A stretch of 62,341 nucleotides of DNA. Origin: a virus (Duplodnaviria; Caudoviricetes). The notes under the pieces were generated by a model. It did no database searches. It was not told where the DNA came from and saw nothing but the letters and a program-made list of their open reading frames with translations. The position numbers and the translations under genes are program-made. The stretch lies in IMG/VR virus record IMGVR_UViG_3300042485_001404, positions 1-62,341 of that record, one strand, 5' to 3'. Position 1 is the stretch's first letter, and each line of letters begins with the position of its first letter. Shown one piece after another: positions 38,201 through 46,798 of this stretch.

Positions 38201-41200
38201 CATTAAAAAGCATAGAGTTCATAACATAATCCCAAACAGCAGTTTCATAGTATTTCTCTGGATCTTTTCCTTCAAAATACTCTGTACCAAACATTTTAGA
38301 AACCATTTTACCATCTACTTCTTCTTTGGCTTCTCCCCATTGAGATACCTTATAATCTACTTCTTTTTTAATAACACCTTGAATAGCATTTTTAAAAATA
38401 TCCCCATATTGTTCTAAAATAACATCTAGTTCTCCTACCTCAGCATTATTCATAATGATGTCTTTTAAAAGAACTCCATCAGTGTTAGTAAGAGTATTCA
38501 TTACAGGGAATAAGTGGAACATACCTACTGCTTTATCATACCCCTTAATGTTAGTGGCTTTGACATTTTTATAGTAATTATGCATTCTCTTTATTTCTGG
38601 CAAAACTAAATAGTTAAATAGAACATCTTTAGTATCTTCAGAAATATTTTTTATCTTACCTTCTGTATCTAATTCAAAAGCATCATCAGCATCTTTCATA
38701 AAGTCAAATACGGGAGCTGTTAAAAACAACCCTGTACTTTTATCAGACATAGTTGGAAACAACATATTAGCCATTCTTATGCTAAATCCATTGATTTTTT
38801 CATGTTCTGGTAACTTAGCTACCCTTCTATCAGAAAATCCTGTTGTAGTAACTAAATCATAACTTAACTCTCCTAAAGAAGTAATATCATTTTTACCAAA
38901 AACTTTTGCTCCTTTTTCTTTTAATGCAGTAATAGAAGTATGGTGGATTTTAAAAGACTCTTGCATTTCAGGGACTCTAGTCAATAAATCTAAAATTAAA
39001 GAATCTTGACTATAAGAAATATTTTGTAATTCTTTTATTTTATCTTGAGTGCCTCTAGCATCTTTTAATAATTCTGCTACTTTATCTGTAATGAATTTAG
39101 GAGGGACTTGAGTAGAAATATTTTTACCAGTGTCTCTAAAAGAAAGAGAAACTAACTGAGGATTATACTTAGCTTCTACAGAAGCTATTGCATTACTAAG
39201 CCCACTTAAGTTACTTAAAATATTGTATTTACCATCAGCAGCATATTCTGCAGGAGTTTTAATTGCATCTTTTAAAAAAGTAGCAAGTTCTTTATACAAA
39301 CCTCCTTTACCTTGTGTGTAAAGTTTATTAAAAGTTTGAAATTTACCTTGGTAGTATAATTTACCTTGATAAATGTCTTCCCAAGTTTTATCATTTAATT
39401 CTAAACCAAGTTTACTTAACCAATCTCTTAAAACCTTTTCAGGCACTTGATTTACATCAGCAGGAAAAGATTCAAACTCTTGAAGTAAGGCAGTAGCATA
39501 TCCTTCATTAATAGATCCATCATAGTTATATAAATCAGAAGCAACTGAATTTTCTTTCCAGATATTTTTTAAGACTCTGGTAATCTCATTTGCATTAGTA
39601 TCATACATTTGAAGTGAAAAACCTTTCTCAAGTTCTTCAAACATAGCAAATTTAGAACTAAGGGTATGTGCAACCACATTATAAGTAAACTCATTTTGAA
39701 TTTGAGAATCTCCCTCCAATAGTCTTTTTACAACTTCTACCATAGCAGGAGAATTGCTTTCAGATAATTTTGCAACTAGATTATCAAAGTTTGAATCAGG
39801 GTCAATACCAAAAGAAATGTTTTTAAGTACTTGATTGTAAACATCATTCAAACTCATAAACCTTCTAAATCCTAAATAACCTTTTACAACTTCTCCTTTA
39901 GAGTCATATTGAGGAATACCACTTAAAAGCATTCTTAGTCTTTCTGAAGCTTTTGTTTTTAAAGATTCTTCTATTGAATCTTTACTGTAGTTTTTCTCAC
40001 TTAAAGTTTGATCATCTTCATCAGAGTAATCTTTAGAAGTAAGATCTATTTTAGTTTGAAGGTTTACTTCTGCTATTGCTTTGTCATAAATTCTTTCAAA
40101 ATTTTCAATAACATTTTGTACATTTTCTATAGTTACAGAAAGAGCTTTTGAAATTGTTTTTACTTTATTACTAGGTTCTTTTTCTTTACTGGCTTTTTCT
40201 TGTAAAGCAGACAGAGTTTTTAAAGTGCCATTTAATTTTTTTGTAATTAACTCTTTAATTTCTCTTTTGATTTTTTCTTTAGTTTCTTCTGAAACCTTAC
40301 CTCTAAAGTTTAATCTAGTAATTATTTCATGTGCAATTTCTTCTTTAAGAGGTCTCTCTTCAGCTACAATTAACCCTGGAGTAACTTGAAATAAGTTACT
40401 TATTTTAGACATATCCCCAATATGCATATCCTCTAACTCAAAGTCTTCTAGGTTAATACCTAAAGAGTTAAGGTAGTCTTCTGCTGCTTTAACATCAAAG
40501 ACTTCTTCAGGTGCCTCAAGTTGCTCTGCAATAACTTGTTGTGCAGCTTCTTGGATACTTTCTTGTACAGAATTCTTAACAAGAGGTCCTTCAACAGGTA
40601 CATAATCTAAAGAAATTATAGGTTGAATTCCTAATGCAAAAGTAGGTTTAGTTCCTGTACTATCCATATCAAAAGTTTTGATATTTGTATAGACAGTTTC
40701 TGCTAAGTACTCTTGATAAGTGGCTACCTTACCCTCTGAATTTTTATAATCAGTTACACCAGTTCTAGAAACTATTGCAACAGGTGTTTTAGCCTTTAAA
40801 CCTCTTTTTGAAGTATTCTGTTCAACTAATTCTAATAATTGCTCAAAGGTGTTATTTTGTTCAAATAAGATATTCATATAAGCTAACTTATCTGTAACAT
40901 CTTTTGCAGTATAGTTAGCTCTTTTTGAGTTCCAATCAGCTAAAGCTCCTTTTTTAATTTTTATAAAATGTTGAATGTAGTTAGCTAAATCAGTGGTGTC
41001 TTTTAAATTTAATTTCATACTATTCCTTAAATCTTTTCGGATATCCTCAGCTTGTTTAGGAGTTAATCCAAATTCTTTAGGTACAGTTTGGCCATTAAGA
41101 ATCTTATGAGCAGCTATTGCCCACTGTATAGAATCCATTTGAGTCTCTGTAAAAAATCTATTTACTTTTACTGCTCTATAGGTTTCAAATTTTTTGCCTG

Positions 41201-44200
41201 TAGTAGGATTAATTTGAGTTCCCACTCTATGTACTGCCCAAGTATGCCCTGAAGTATTTGCATTTAAAGCATCTGCCCCATCTTTACTATTTAACAATAC
41301 TTTTTCTCCTGTCTCAAATCCTTTATCTAATCCTTCTAACACTCCTTCTACCCCTATTTGAACAGCCATAACTGCTTGAGGGTTAGATTGTTTAATAGTA
41401 ATTAACTCTTCATTTTCATCTAATGTGTGATAAATAGCATTTTCAGGAATTGTAGCAGTAACTTCAGTAAGACCTGCTTCAATATTTTTTCTTAAGGTAT
41501 TTGTTGCATCTTTTCCAGCTTGAATATGAGCTGCCCATTCAGCATCCATCTCTTCAACTTTCATGTTTTCTACATGAGGATGAGATACATTATTAGGATT
41601 GTACCAATCAGTTTCATGTACATAACCTACAGGAGTACCTTTGTGTACAAATAAATATGGTTTCTTGTTTGTAAAAAGCTCTTGAAAATTAGGTTTACTC
41701 TTATTAGCATTAACCCAATCAGCAAAAGAAATTAAAGCTGTTTGTCCTCTGTCATCTAAGATTGGCATACCTCTTTCATCTAAACCTACTGGAACAGGTA
41801 CATCTTTCCATTGACTTTCTTCTACAGCTTGTATTTGTAAAGTTATTGTTGGTCCATTATCAGGGTGCAATAAAGGTCTGAAATCTAATTTTAAAGGGTG
41901 TCCTTTTATAACATTAAGAAAATCTCCTACAGTTCTTTTTACAACTACTCCATTTTCTAAAGTAACATTTTCATGTGCCATAGCACTAAAACCTACTTTA
42001 GGTTTAACTGAATTAATTTTACCTTCCTTAACATCCTCTACTCCTGGAGTCACTAGTTCATTAGAAGCATTTTCTTCATAAAAAGTAGGCTCTTCTTTCT
42101 TTTGTAATTCAGTGTTTACTTTTTCAGAAGACTCTATTGTAGCATCAAGACCAATAGAAGAAGTTGCTCCTAAAGGACTTGTAAATATGTTTGGAATAGT
42201 GTCTCCAAATCTATCAAAAAAGTTTTGCTCTAATTCTGCTCTTTGAGTAAGATTACCAAACTTATTTGCTAAGTTTAATATTTCATTGTCTTCAGTTTTA
42301 AAACCTGCTAATTTCCACCCATTAATGAAGTGAGCCATTCTTTTTACTGCATCTTCTTTTCTATCAGTACTTCTAAAGAATTGTTCAAAGGCCATAGTAA
42401 GACTCACATCTTGACCTGTAATCATAGCAATAGGAGAAGCTAAATTTGTAACAAAGTCTATCAAAAGTTTTTGATCTTCTATACTATAATTCATTTGAGG
42501 TCCTAACATAAAGTCCTCAAAATCATCTTGGCTAACTATAAAAGCATCTCCTGTAGATTCAGGGGTGGATTTCTGAGAATCCTCTAATTTTTTGTACTTT
42601 TCAATTATAGCATCTTTTATTTTTGGTAAAACTTCAGCTGAAATTCCCCCTTTAATACCAAACTCAGTCATGCTACTAGCAATAAACTGATTAACTTCTT
42701 TTGAATTATCAGTATCTGTACCTATAAGTGAAATAGCTTGTTCAATTAAAGATAAATCTTGTTGTTTTTGATTTCCTTGAGCACTAGTTTTTCTTAATAG
42801 AGGAGAAATTAACTTGTCATACTTATCATAAAGTTCAGCTAATTCTGTTTTATACCTAAGTTCAGTTTGTTTATTAGCAAAATCAAATGCTGTAGAAGAG
42901 TCAAAAGCTTGCTTATTATTTTCTAATTCCTCAAACTTTCTTTTTTCTATTGCAGTCTTTTCAACTTGTTCTTCAGCTCTTAATCTTGCTACTTCCTCTT
43001 GATTATTTTGAGTTTGAGTAGGAACAATATTTTTAGAAGTAATAAAAGAAAATGCCACTGGAACTTCTTGGTCAGGAAAAACAGCCTCTGGCATATTCAT
43101 ATCAAAAATAGGAGAAGTCTGAACTATATCATCAAAGTTTTGTTGAGCTACCCCATCAGTTAAAGGCAAACTATTAAAATCAGAAGTAGGCATATTAGTT
43201 ATAGGAGGAGTTACTAAGTTAGATTTAGCCTCTTCTGCATTTGCAATTACCTCTGTGGTTTTCTTACCTGCTAGAAATTTTTTAATTTCTTCTGTACTTT
43301 CTTGAGCTCTTATAGCAGCATTTTTTAGTCTGCTAAAAGTTGCTTGACTTATCTTACCCTCTAAAAAACTACCTATCCATTTATCTTTCATTGCATCATA
43401 TAACTCAGCAACTAATTCTTTACTTTGAATTAATTCCCCCTCAGAGTCATAAACTGCACTTTGCAATTTTAAAGGATTTTCTTTATCTGTAAATAGTTTT
43501 TTTGCTTCATTAGAAATTTCTTCTAACATAGCTTGACCATTCTTAACCTCTGGAGAAGGATGCAATACCTCTGTTTTTGCTATAGTTGCATCAGAAATAT
43601 GTTCTTCTAAAGACTCTACTAATCTTAAACCATTAAGTTGTCCTTTTACTTTTTCATCTTCAAAAGTATAAAGTTGGTCAATAAAATCATCATACTTAGC
43701 CTGTTCTGCAGGATCAGAAAACTCCTGAGATAAAAGAGTTTCTGGAGTGTATTGTATTCCAGTCAAACCTCTAGACCTGATAAAAGCATCTATACTTTCT
43801 TTAACAGGACCAGAATTTTTCAATAAGTTTTCTCTAGCTTCTTGTAACTCCTGTTTTCCAGAAAGAATTTCATAAGTAAGAGTTACAGCTTTATCTGCAT
43901 TCTTATTGCCTTCATACTTCTTTTTTACATCTTTTAATTGAGTAACAACATCATACAATTTAGTCAATTGTACTTTTTTCTCAGCAGATAAGTTTTTATT
44001 AGAAAGAGTTCTCTTTAATCCATCTTCTAGTTCATCTTCAGTTTGAGTTTGAAAAGATTTAAAAAGTATATCTTTAAACATACTTTTTTCTATTAACTCT
44101 GCTTCTTTTACTTTTCCTTTGCTTCTTAATACTTGTGCCTCATAGTTTTTATCTGCAGCCCCTAACATAGGTAGAGAAGCCACATCAATTGCAGTGTTTA

Positions 44201-46751
44201 TATCTTCATCATTAGAAGCATAACGTAAAGTATCAATAGTCTTTCTTACATTTTTTCTATTATCAATAAAGTTTTTTGTAGTAGAAAAACCTGTCTTATC
44301 TCTAGAAATTATAGACATAGGATCTAATACTCCTAAAGAACTTTTTGTTTTTACAGATTCTAATTGAGTTCTATACTCATTTAAAGCTTTTTTACCATCT
44401 GCATCTTCAGGGTTGTTCTTAACAAAGTCTTCTAACTCTGCAACCCTTTTATTCATTTTTTGTAATCTTTTAGTGTAAAGATTATTATAAGCTAATTTAG
44501 TATGCATTTGAACATTACCACCTACTCCAAACATACCATTCATAAGTAAAGTTTGAGCAGCAATATCCTGAGAACCTTCAGCACTAAAAGTTTGTTCTAC
44601 ATCAGCAGAGTCCCAATCAAAAAGAGAGTGCCCAATAGCAGCAGTGTATTCTTCTAACTGTTCTTCAAAAACAGACCCAACTACTTTAGTGTCACTAATA
44701 TTTACTTTACTTACTAAATTTTGCCAGTTTTTATAGGCTCTTCCTACACCTGTATTGTAAATTCTACTAGTGGCTCTAAAAGCTGCATCATCTATTTTTG
44801 TAATAATTCCTTTGGCTCTAGGTAGCATTTTTACTCCTGCACCTATTCCTTGTAATAATTTGCCTGTGTAAAGTTCAGAAAGAGATTCAATAGCAGTATC
44901 TCCAATACCTTTTAAGTTAGCTTTAAGGTCTGACTCTGTTTCATACATTTTCAATTCATCTTGTAAAGAAACTATTCCCTCTACTTCTTCTTCTCCTAGT
45001 CTAGCTTTTACAGATTGTAATGCAAGTTGATCTTCTTCAGAAAGATTACCTTGAGATTCCAACATTTTTTTAATTCCAGTAAGTCTAATAGCTTCTTTAC
45101 TATTACCTACCTTTTTTAAATTATAAAGTTCTTCTCTAGTATTAAAGTCCAAGACTTTTCCTTCTGCATCTGTTGTAAGTTCTGAACCTTTATTTTTTCT
45201 TGCATTAATAGATTTAGGATCAATGTAAGTAACAGCAGCTTGTTCACCTAACCAAGAAGCTGTTTTTACTGCTCCTCCTGCTACTCTAGCTAATTTAGCA
45301 TTCTCAGTAAGTTTTATTATTTTCTTAGCTGCATTGGCTCCCATAGCAGCTCTAGTAGTTCCAGCAACTGCTCCTATAAATTGTGCAGCTCTGTTTCCTA
45401 TCCACATATCTCTAACAAAACCTACAGAACCCATAGTACCTTTTACAGTTTTGTATCCAAAACTTTGTTTATCAGCAAGGGCATTTTCTAATTCTTGGGC
45501 TCTTGAGAAAACTTTTAAAGCTTGTTGTTCTACAGGAGATAACTTATCATACCCTACTTCTGCTTCTTTTTTTACAAGGTTGTCATATCTCCAAAATTCA
45601 TTAAGACTTCTTTGAGCATCTTCCATTAAACCATTTCTACCAATAGTAATTTTACTTAACTCAGTGAAGAAAATAGAAGCACCTCCTTTATCTTGTAAAT
45701 AGTTTTCTCCTTCTTCAATAGCTCTTCCTAAAGCCATTAAGGAGTATATTTTATGATCTTCTATTTCAGAACCTGAAAAAGATTGTTCTGTTTGATAGAT
45801 TTTTTTTGACTCTGCTTCTAATACTTTAAAATCTTCTACAGTTTTTTCTATAAAAGGTTTTTCAATAGTTTTAATTTGATTTTTTAAATTAAGGTACTCT
45901 TCTTTTTCTTTTTTATTCATTCCCTTTTCAGGAGGAGATATAGTTTGAGAAGCATTATAAAAGAAAGAGTTCACAGATTTAGTGACTCCTCCTCCTAACC
46001 AACCTACTACTTTTCCAACAACACCTGTACCATACTTATCTTCAATTTTTTGATCATACTCTGAAAAAGCTGTATTTATGTTTTTACCATAAATACTTTG
46101 TTTTCCTTCTAAGTCTTCAATTCTTTTGATTTTAGCTAAGTATCCCTCAGTTTGTTTAATAGCTGCAGTATTCTTTAAATTTTCTTCTTTTAAAGCTTGT
46201 AAATTCAACATTAAAGGAGCTTTGACCTTTTGTTGTTCTGCTTTTAAAGTGGCAAGTTTTTGTTTTGCAGCAGGAGTTAAATCTCCTTTTAGACTGGCAT
46301 CTATATTTGATACTCCTAAAGCTGAAGTTGAAGTTGGTATTAAGGGATTAACTATTTTAACATAGTTTTTAGAATCATTCAAAAGAGCATTAATTTCTTT
46401 TGAATTAGGGTCTTTTACATCTATATCCTCTAATGCCTTTTTAATATTTGCTTGTTCTGTTTGCAGTTTAGCAACTTCTTTTGCTTTTGTATCTACAAAC
46501 TCTTGTTGTTGTTTTTTTATATTGGCAGAAATTTCTTTATTATAGTTATCCTCAAGAATAACTTCTTGATTAGTTTTTATCATCTGTTCAGAGATATTTG
46601 CTCCTAGACCAGATTGAAAAGCTGAAGATGCTAACTCTTCTTGAGAGATACCTGTTGAACCTGTAAGAGCAGCTTGACTATCATAAGTACTTTTACTTTT
46701 TAAGGAATCAAACACACTTTTAACAGAACTAATACTTCTTTTCTTTGCCAT
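32208..46751 (-). CDS. giant virion-packaged RNA polymerase of crAss-like type with C-terminal zincin-like domain
   Basis: Catalytic loop GLDYDIDK (36267-36281), R-x-P in FRTPTSS, KRLALLIAPG, TDAQ; HEFIH (33309-33323) with downstream EFVA. Confidence 0.88.
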   Translation of the reverse strand: MAKKRSISSVKSVFDSLKSKSTYDSQAALTGSTGISQEELASSAFQSGLGANISEQMIKTNQEVILEDNYNKEISANIKKQQQEFVDTKAKEVAKLQTEQANIKKALEDIDVKDPNSKEINALLNDSKNYVKIVNPLIPTSTSALGVSNIDASLKGDLTPAAKQKLATLKAEQQKVKAPLMLNLQALKEENLKNTAAIKQTEGYLAKIKRIEDLEGKQSIYGKNINTAFSEYDQKIEDKYGTGVVGKVVGWLGGGVTKSVNSFFYNASQTISPPEKGMNKKEKEEYLNLKNQIKTIEKPFIEKTVEDFKVLEAESKKIYQTEQSFSGSEIEDHKIYSLMALGRAIEEGENYLQDKGGASIFFTELSKITIGRNGLMEDAQRSLNEFWRYDNLVKKEAEVGYDKLSPVEQQALKVFSRAQELENALADKQSFGYKTVKGTMGSVGFVRDMWIGNRAAQFIGAVAGTTRAAMGANAAKKIIKLTENAKLARVAGGAVKTASWLGEQAAVTYIDPKSINARKNKGSELTTDAEGKVLDFNTREELYNLKKVGNSKEAIRLTGIKKMLESQGNLSEEDQLALQSVKARLGEEEVEGIVSLQDELKMYETESDLKANLKGIGDTAIESLSELYTGKLLQGIGAGVKMLPRAKGIITKIDDAAFRATSRIYNTGVGRAYKNWQNLVSKVNISDTKVVGSVFEEQLEEYTAAIGHSLFDWDSADVEQTFSAEGSQDIAAQTLLMNGMFGVGGNVQMHTKLAYNNLYTKRLQKMNKRVAELEDFVKNNPEDADGKKALNEYRTQLESVKTKSSLGVLDPMSIISRDKTGFSTTKNFIDNRKNVRKTIDTLRYASNDEDINTAIDVASLPMLGAADKNYEAQVLRSKGKVKEAELIEKSMFKDILFKSFQTQTEDELEDGLKRTLSNKNLSAEKKVQLTKLYDVVTQLKDVKKKYEGNKNADKAVTLTYEILSGKQELQEARENLLKNSGPVKESIDAFIRSRGLTGIQYTPETLLSQEFSDPAEQAKYDDFIDQLYTFEDEKVKGQLNGLRLVESLEEHISDATIAKTEVLHPSPEVKNGQAMLEEISNEAKKLFTDKENPLKLQSAVYDSEGELIQSKELVAELYDAMKDKWIGSFLEGKISQATFSRLKNAAIRAQESTEEIKKFLAGKKTTEVIANAEEAKSNLVTPPITNMPTSDFNSLPLTDGVAQQNFDDIVQTSPIFDMNMPEAVFPDQEVPVAFSFITSKNIVPTQTQNNQEEVARLRAEEQVEKTAIEKRKFEELENNKQAFDSSTAFDFANKQTELRYKTELAELYDKYDKLISPLLRKTSAQGNQKQQDLSLIEQAISLIGTDTDNSKEVNQFIASSMTEFGIKGGISAEVLPKIKDAIIEKYKKLEDSQKSTPESTGDAFIVSQDDFEDFMLGPQMNYSIEDQKLLIDFVTNLASPIAMITGQDVSLTMAFEQFFRSTDRKEDAVKRMAHFINGWKLAGFKTEDNEILNLANKFGNLTQRAELEQNFFDRFGDTIPNIFTSPLGATSSIGLDATIESSEKVNTELQKKEEPTFYEENASNELVTPGVEDVKEGKINSVKPKVGFSAMAHENVTLENGVVVKRTVGDFLNVIKGHPLKLDFRPLLHPDNGPTITLQIQAVEESQWKDVPVPVGLDERGMPILDDRGQTALISFADWVNANKSKPNFQELFTNKKPYLFVHKGTPVGYVHETDWYNPNNVSHPHVENMKVEEMDAEWAAHIQAGKDATNTLRKNIEAGLTEVTATIPENAIYHTLDENEELITIKQSNPQAVMAVQIGVEGVLEGLDKGFETGEKVLLNSKDGADALNANTSGHTWAVHRVGTQINPTTGKKFETYRAVKVNRFFTETQMDSIQWAIAAHKILNGQTVPKEFGLTPKQAEDIRKDLRNSMKLNLKDTTDLANYIQHFIKIKKGALADWNSKRANYTAKDVTDKLAYMNILFEQNNTFEQLLELVEQNTSKRGLKAKTPVAIVSRTGVTDYKNSEGKVATYQEYLAETVYTNIKTFDMDSTGTKPTFALGIQPIISLDYVPVEGPLVKNSVQESIQEAAQQVIAEQLEAPEEVFDVKAAEDYLNSLGINLEDFELEDMHIGDMSKISNLFQVTPGLIVAEERPLKEEIAHEIITRLNFRGKVSEETKEKIKREIKELITKKLNGTLKTLSALQEKASKEKEPSNKVKTISKALSVTIENVQNVIENFERIYDKAIAEVNLQTKIDLTSKDYSDEDDQTLSEKNYSKDSIEESLKTKASERLRMLLSGIPQYDSKGEVVKGYLGFRRFMSLNDVYNQVLKNISFGIDPDSNFDNLVAKLSESNSPAMVEVVKRLLEGDSQIQNEFTYNVVAHTLSSKFAMFEELEKGFSLQMYDTNANEITRVLKNIWKENSVASDLYNYDGSINEGYATALLQEFESFPADVNQVPEKVLRDWLSKLGLELNDKTWEDIYQGKLYYQGKFQTFNKLYTQGKGGLYKELATFLKDAIKTPAEYAADGKYNILSNLSGLSNAIASVEAKYNPQLVSLSFRDTGKNISTQVPPKFITDKVAELLKDARGTQDKIKELQNISYSQDSLILDLLTRVPEMQESFKIHHTSITALKEKGAKVFGKNDITSLGELSYDLVTTTGFSDRRVAKLPEHEKINGFSIRMANMLFPTMSDKSTGLFLTAPVFDFMKDADDAFELDTEGKIKNISEDTKDVLFNYLVLPEIKRMHNYYKNVKATNIKGYDKAVGMFHLFPVMNTLTNTDGVLLKDIIMNNAEVGELDVILEQYGDIFKNAIQGVIKKEVDYKVSQWGEAKEEVDGKMVSKMFGTEYFEGKDPEKYYETAVWDYVMNSMLFNAEIFKVFAGDIAVYSQDKLFKKEITDPKEYISINKQIGINLGKRLALLIAPGKKIANSVGEKYNQVILKDSVDIAENAEFLIEMYYSREDADKAAPLLNKYSNISRNLDRLQKVSLVNKSSEQVDRYYQMQAVLEKELKGIRETLSDNYRSLEAYFDIESTDAQEYTTVTEHINILQRLGRITPEDEKAILNSLFENKDLTKEQLSLVMQPIKPVHTGNYVNTELDVNRIIYVKSSAFPLIPQLTKGTKLDNLRNALEKLEGVTGRFTRASYQTANKVGSVVDENAINPLDVNDLEKLYTGLNSQTKEFDSKNIGVSVLVLDRNNFRIQQDVPFKSDKKKRDEVAMGTQIFKLLFGDGVKQGTTFNFKGLEKTGEELYEIYNSSFAKIVDAKKRELFRDLGLDPQGKIIDEKMFVTSLQEVLEKEAIDRGYSIKSIRGLKMDSLISAATGATYFEFKTPLWLSPDSNRYESLLNSIITNRIMKHKMPGSGYVAGSEHGFQFKEDLSELNENRTIFFDGWNGKELQGVHTVTEGGEVVFQKAQVLAPSKFKDSKGKLINLFEGYNEKTKDVSKAKYLKRNENGSLGLKEELLDKELLNLFSFRTPTSSHVSGSSIEIVGILPPESGDLMLVPKNFTKQKGLDYDIDKESGYQLNHVVNKETGAIEVLSQEHLAQELDVFEKKIEEINLENTILELKGRNIEIEGKENKYAKPSIFDMKNSLLERFAAILEDSVSQEDIEILLDPTTSIREKKEAKEIQLEKKLAENDFIRVHLAVYNSPDMEIQKKINKVLSMSFAQDQAKTMEKLSEEGTKVSFINSFLEKNPDNSPADAEEAYQQDIKNSTILGYSYQKAKMSLGSIGKTAIGIYANYTTFNGLIQQSFGEDGMTIINPKTEGRKEMTIGHFTSSNLGAKQTLSPMDPIIAKKWLENNYQRDSSEVWAEKENTATDNEKEQILGRVGVDEDTINAEAVATLRNFDKDENGNSIPYLLLSQPVIKDYVSQSKNVKGLLGKYISKEDMINQIIAELSDNTIKYEVHPETFEYEFMELDGTPIFWEGSKDLTGNNLVKGIKENGKDKKIQLDAFMTFIELQKEGGVVASIQKVVNTNTLGKSIIEGMSRYESLAALSSNKMVPEAIKLLGEICTDCTDSSTGFFPFSYTSETKKGPILKTVWIKPSTPQGQIVINGLYIGNNLFKDFFPYKEKAIKTIFNEIGLSENESTRIEEAEMIIEEIKKYFYSNPNLGIFEGGIDAKRQELFVDDSSNTSMAKYLMTTLKSQDKDYRKGLKTIKNNPLLQRFIFEVGKSKEKVSVIKYNNSATDNLDEESLYNSLPELIEANFPLPSKNGKPYSTTQLAMDLVAYSFLEGGIQEATQFVKFVPIELLEAAGRLGKKDNFLSIATNLKAYNPKRNTNLDLFEGFLGIKEESVGGVSTFTKQFFQHFPQKAKKINFKDRKNLANNGTTFTLSKEEYPVAPKFTQVKGKAGNVRLYMHVGENAYQEVEVLSGKGISQYQYKVESAVGIKQTPLAPLTPNLVQKAHTAGNLIITPSMTIKDVVKNISELKLSDKYAHLTQLASWMKNMAKDTGDLHIIDETKMAGLGATGAEKLYIKLNASLFGENKGPELASEIFMHEFIHHVSIKELGKYYNENYTALREGSIPSHVQTLDTVFNLFTSSLDESKLKKFRELQAIINNTNLSKEERKAALMEREAYEERDLYYTALNIKEFVAMSLTDASIQKKLSEMPYLKSGKTFLEKLQDILVELFSATFPAIKENSLAMGALKASMNFIQEEYNIRTKNSLSLPQVNEDPIMPDSLVFNQLDQLAPEPDFIPESTDFPVFDTSGVITSLPGISFSLKEEIPKERTITYTPTGKATQTYRVETAVWGEQIFNSKGVEVFKTDSVDRNKILANLAIKEKRAILVEHVIKGETVKFVMLPNNQILSVTTGKIMKWVQSNRDRQAITAKANKLRLEKEDNALPLGISQMEWKSLTPAEQQKIKDCN

Positions 46752-46773
46752 AATAAATAAAATTTTATAAATA

Positions 46774-46781
46774 CAAAAATA
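46774..46781 (-). promoter_or_regulatory. Bacteroidota sigma-A type -7 element
   Basis: TATTTTTG on the - strand, about 20 nt upstream of the vRNAP start. Confidence 0.5.
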
Positions 46782-46798
46782 GTAAAAAAAATTGTTCT

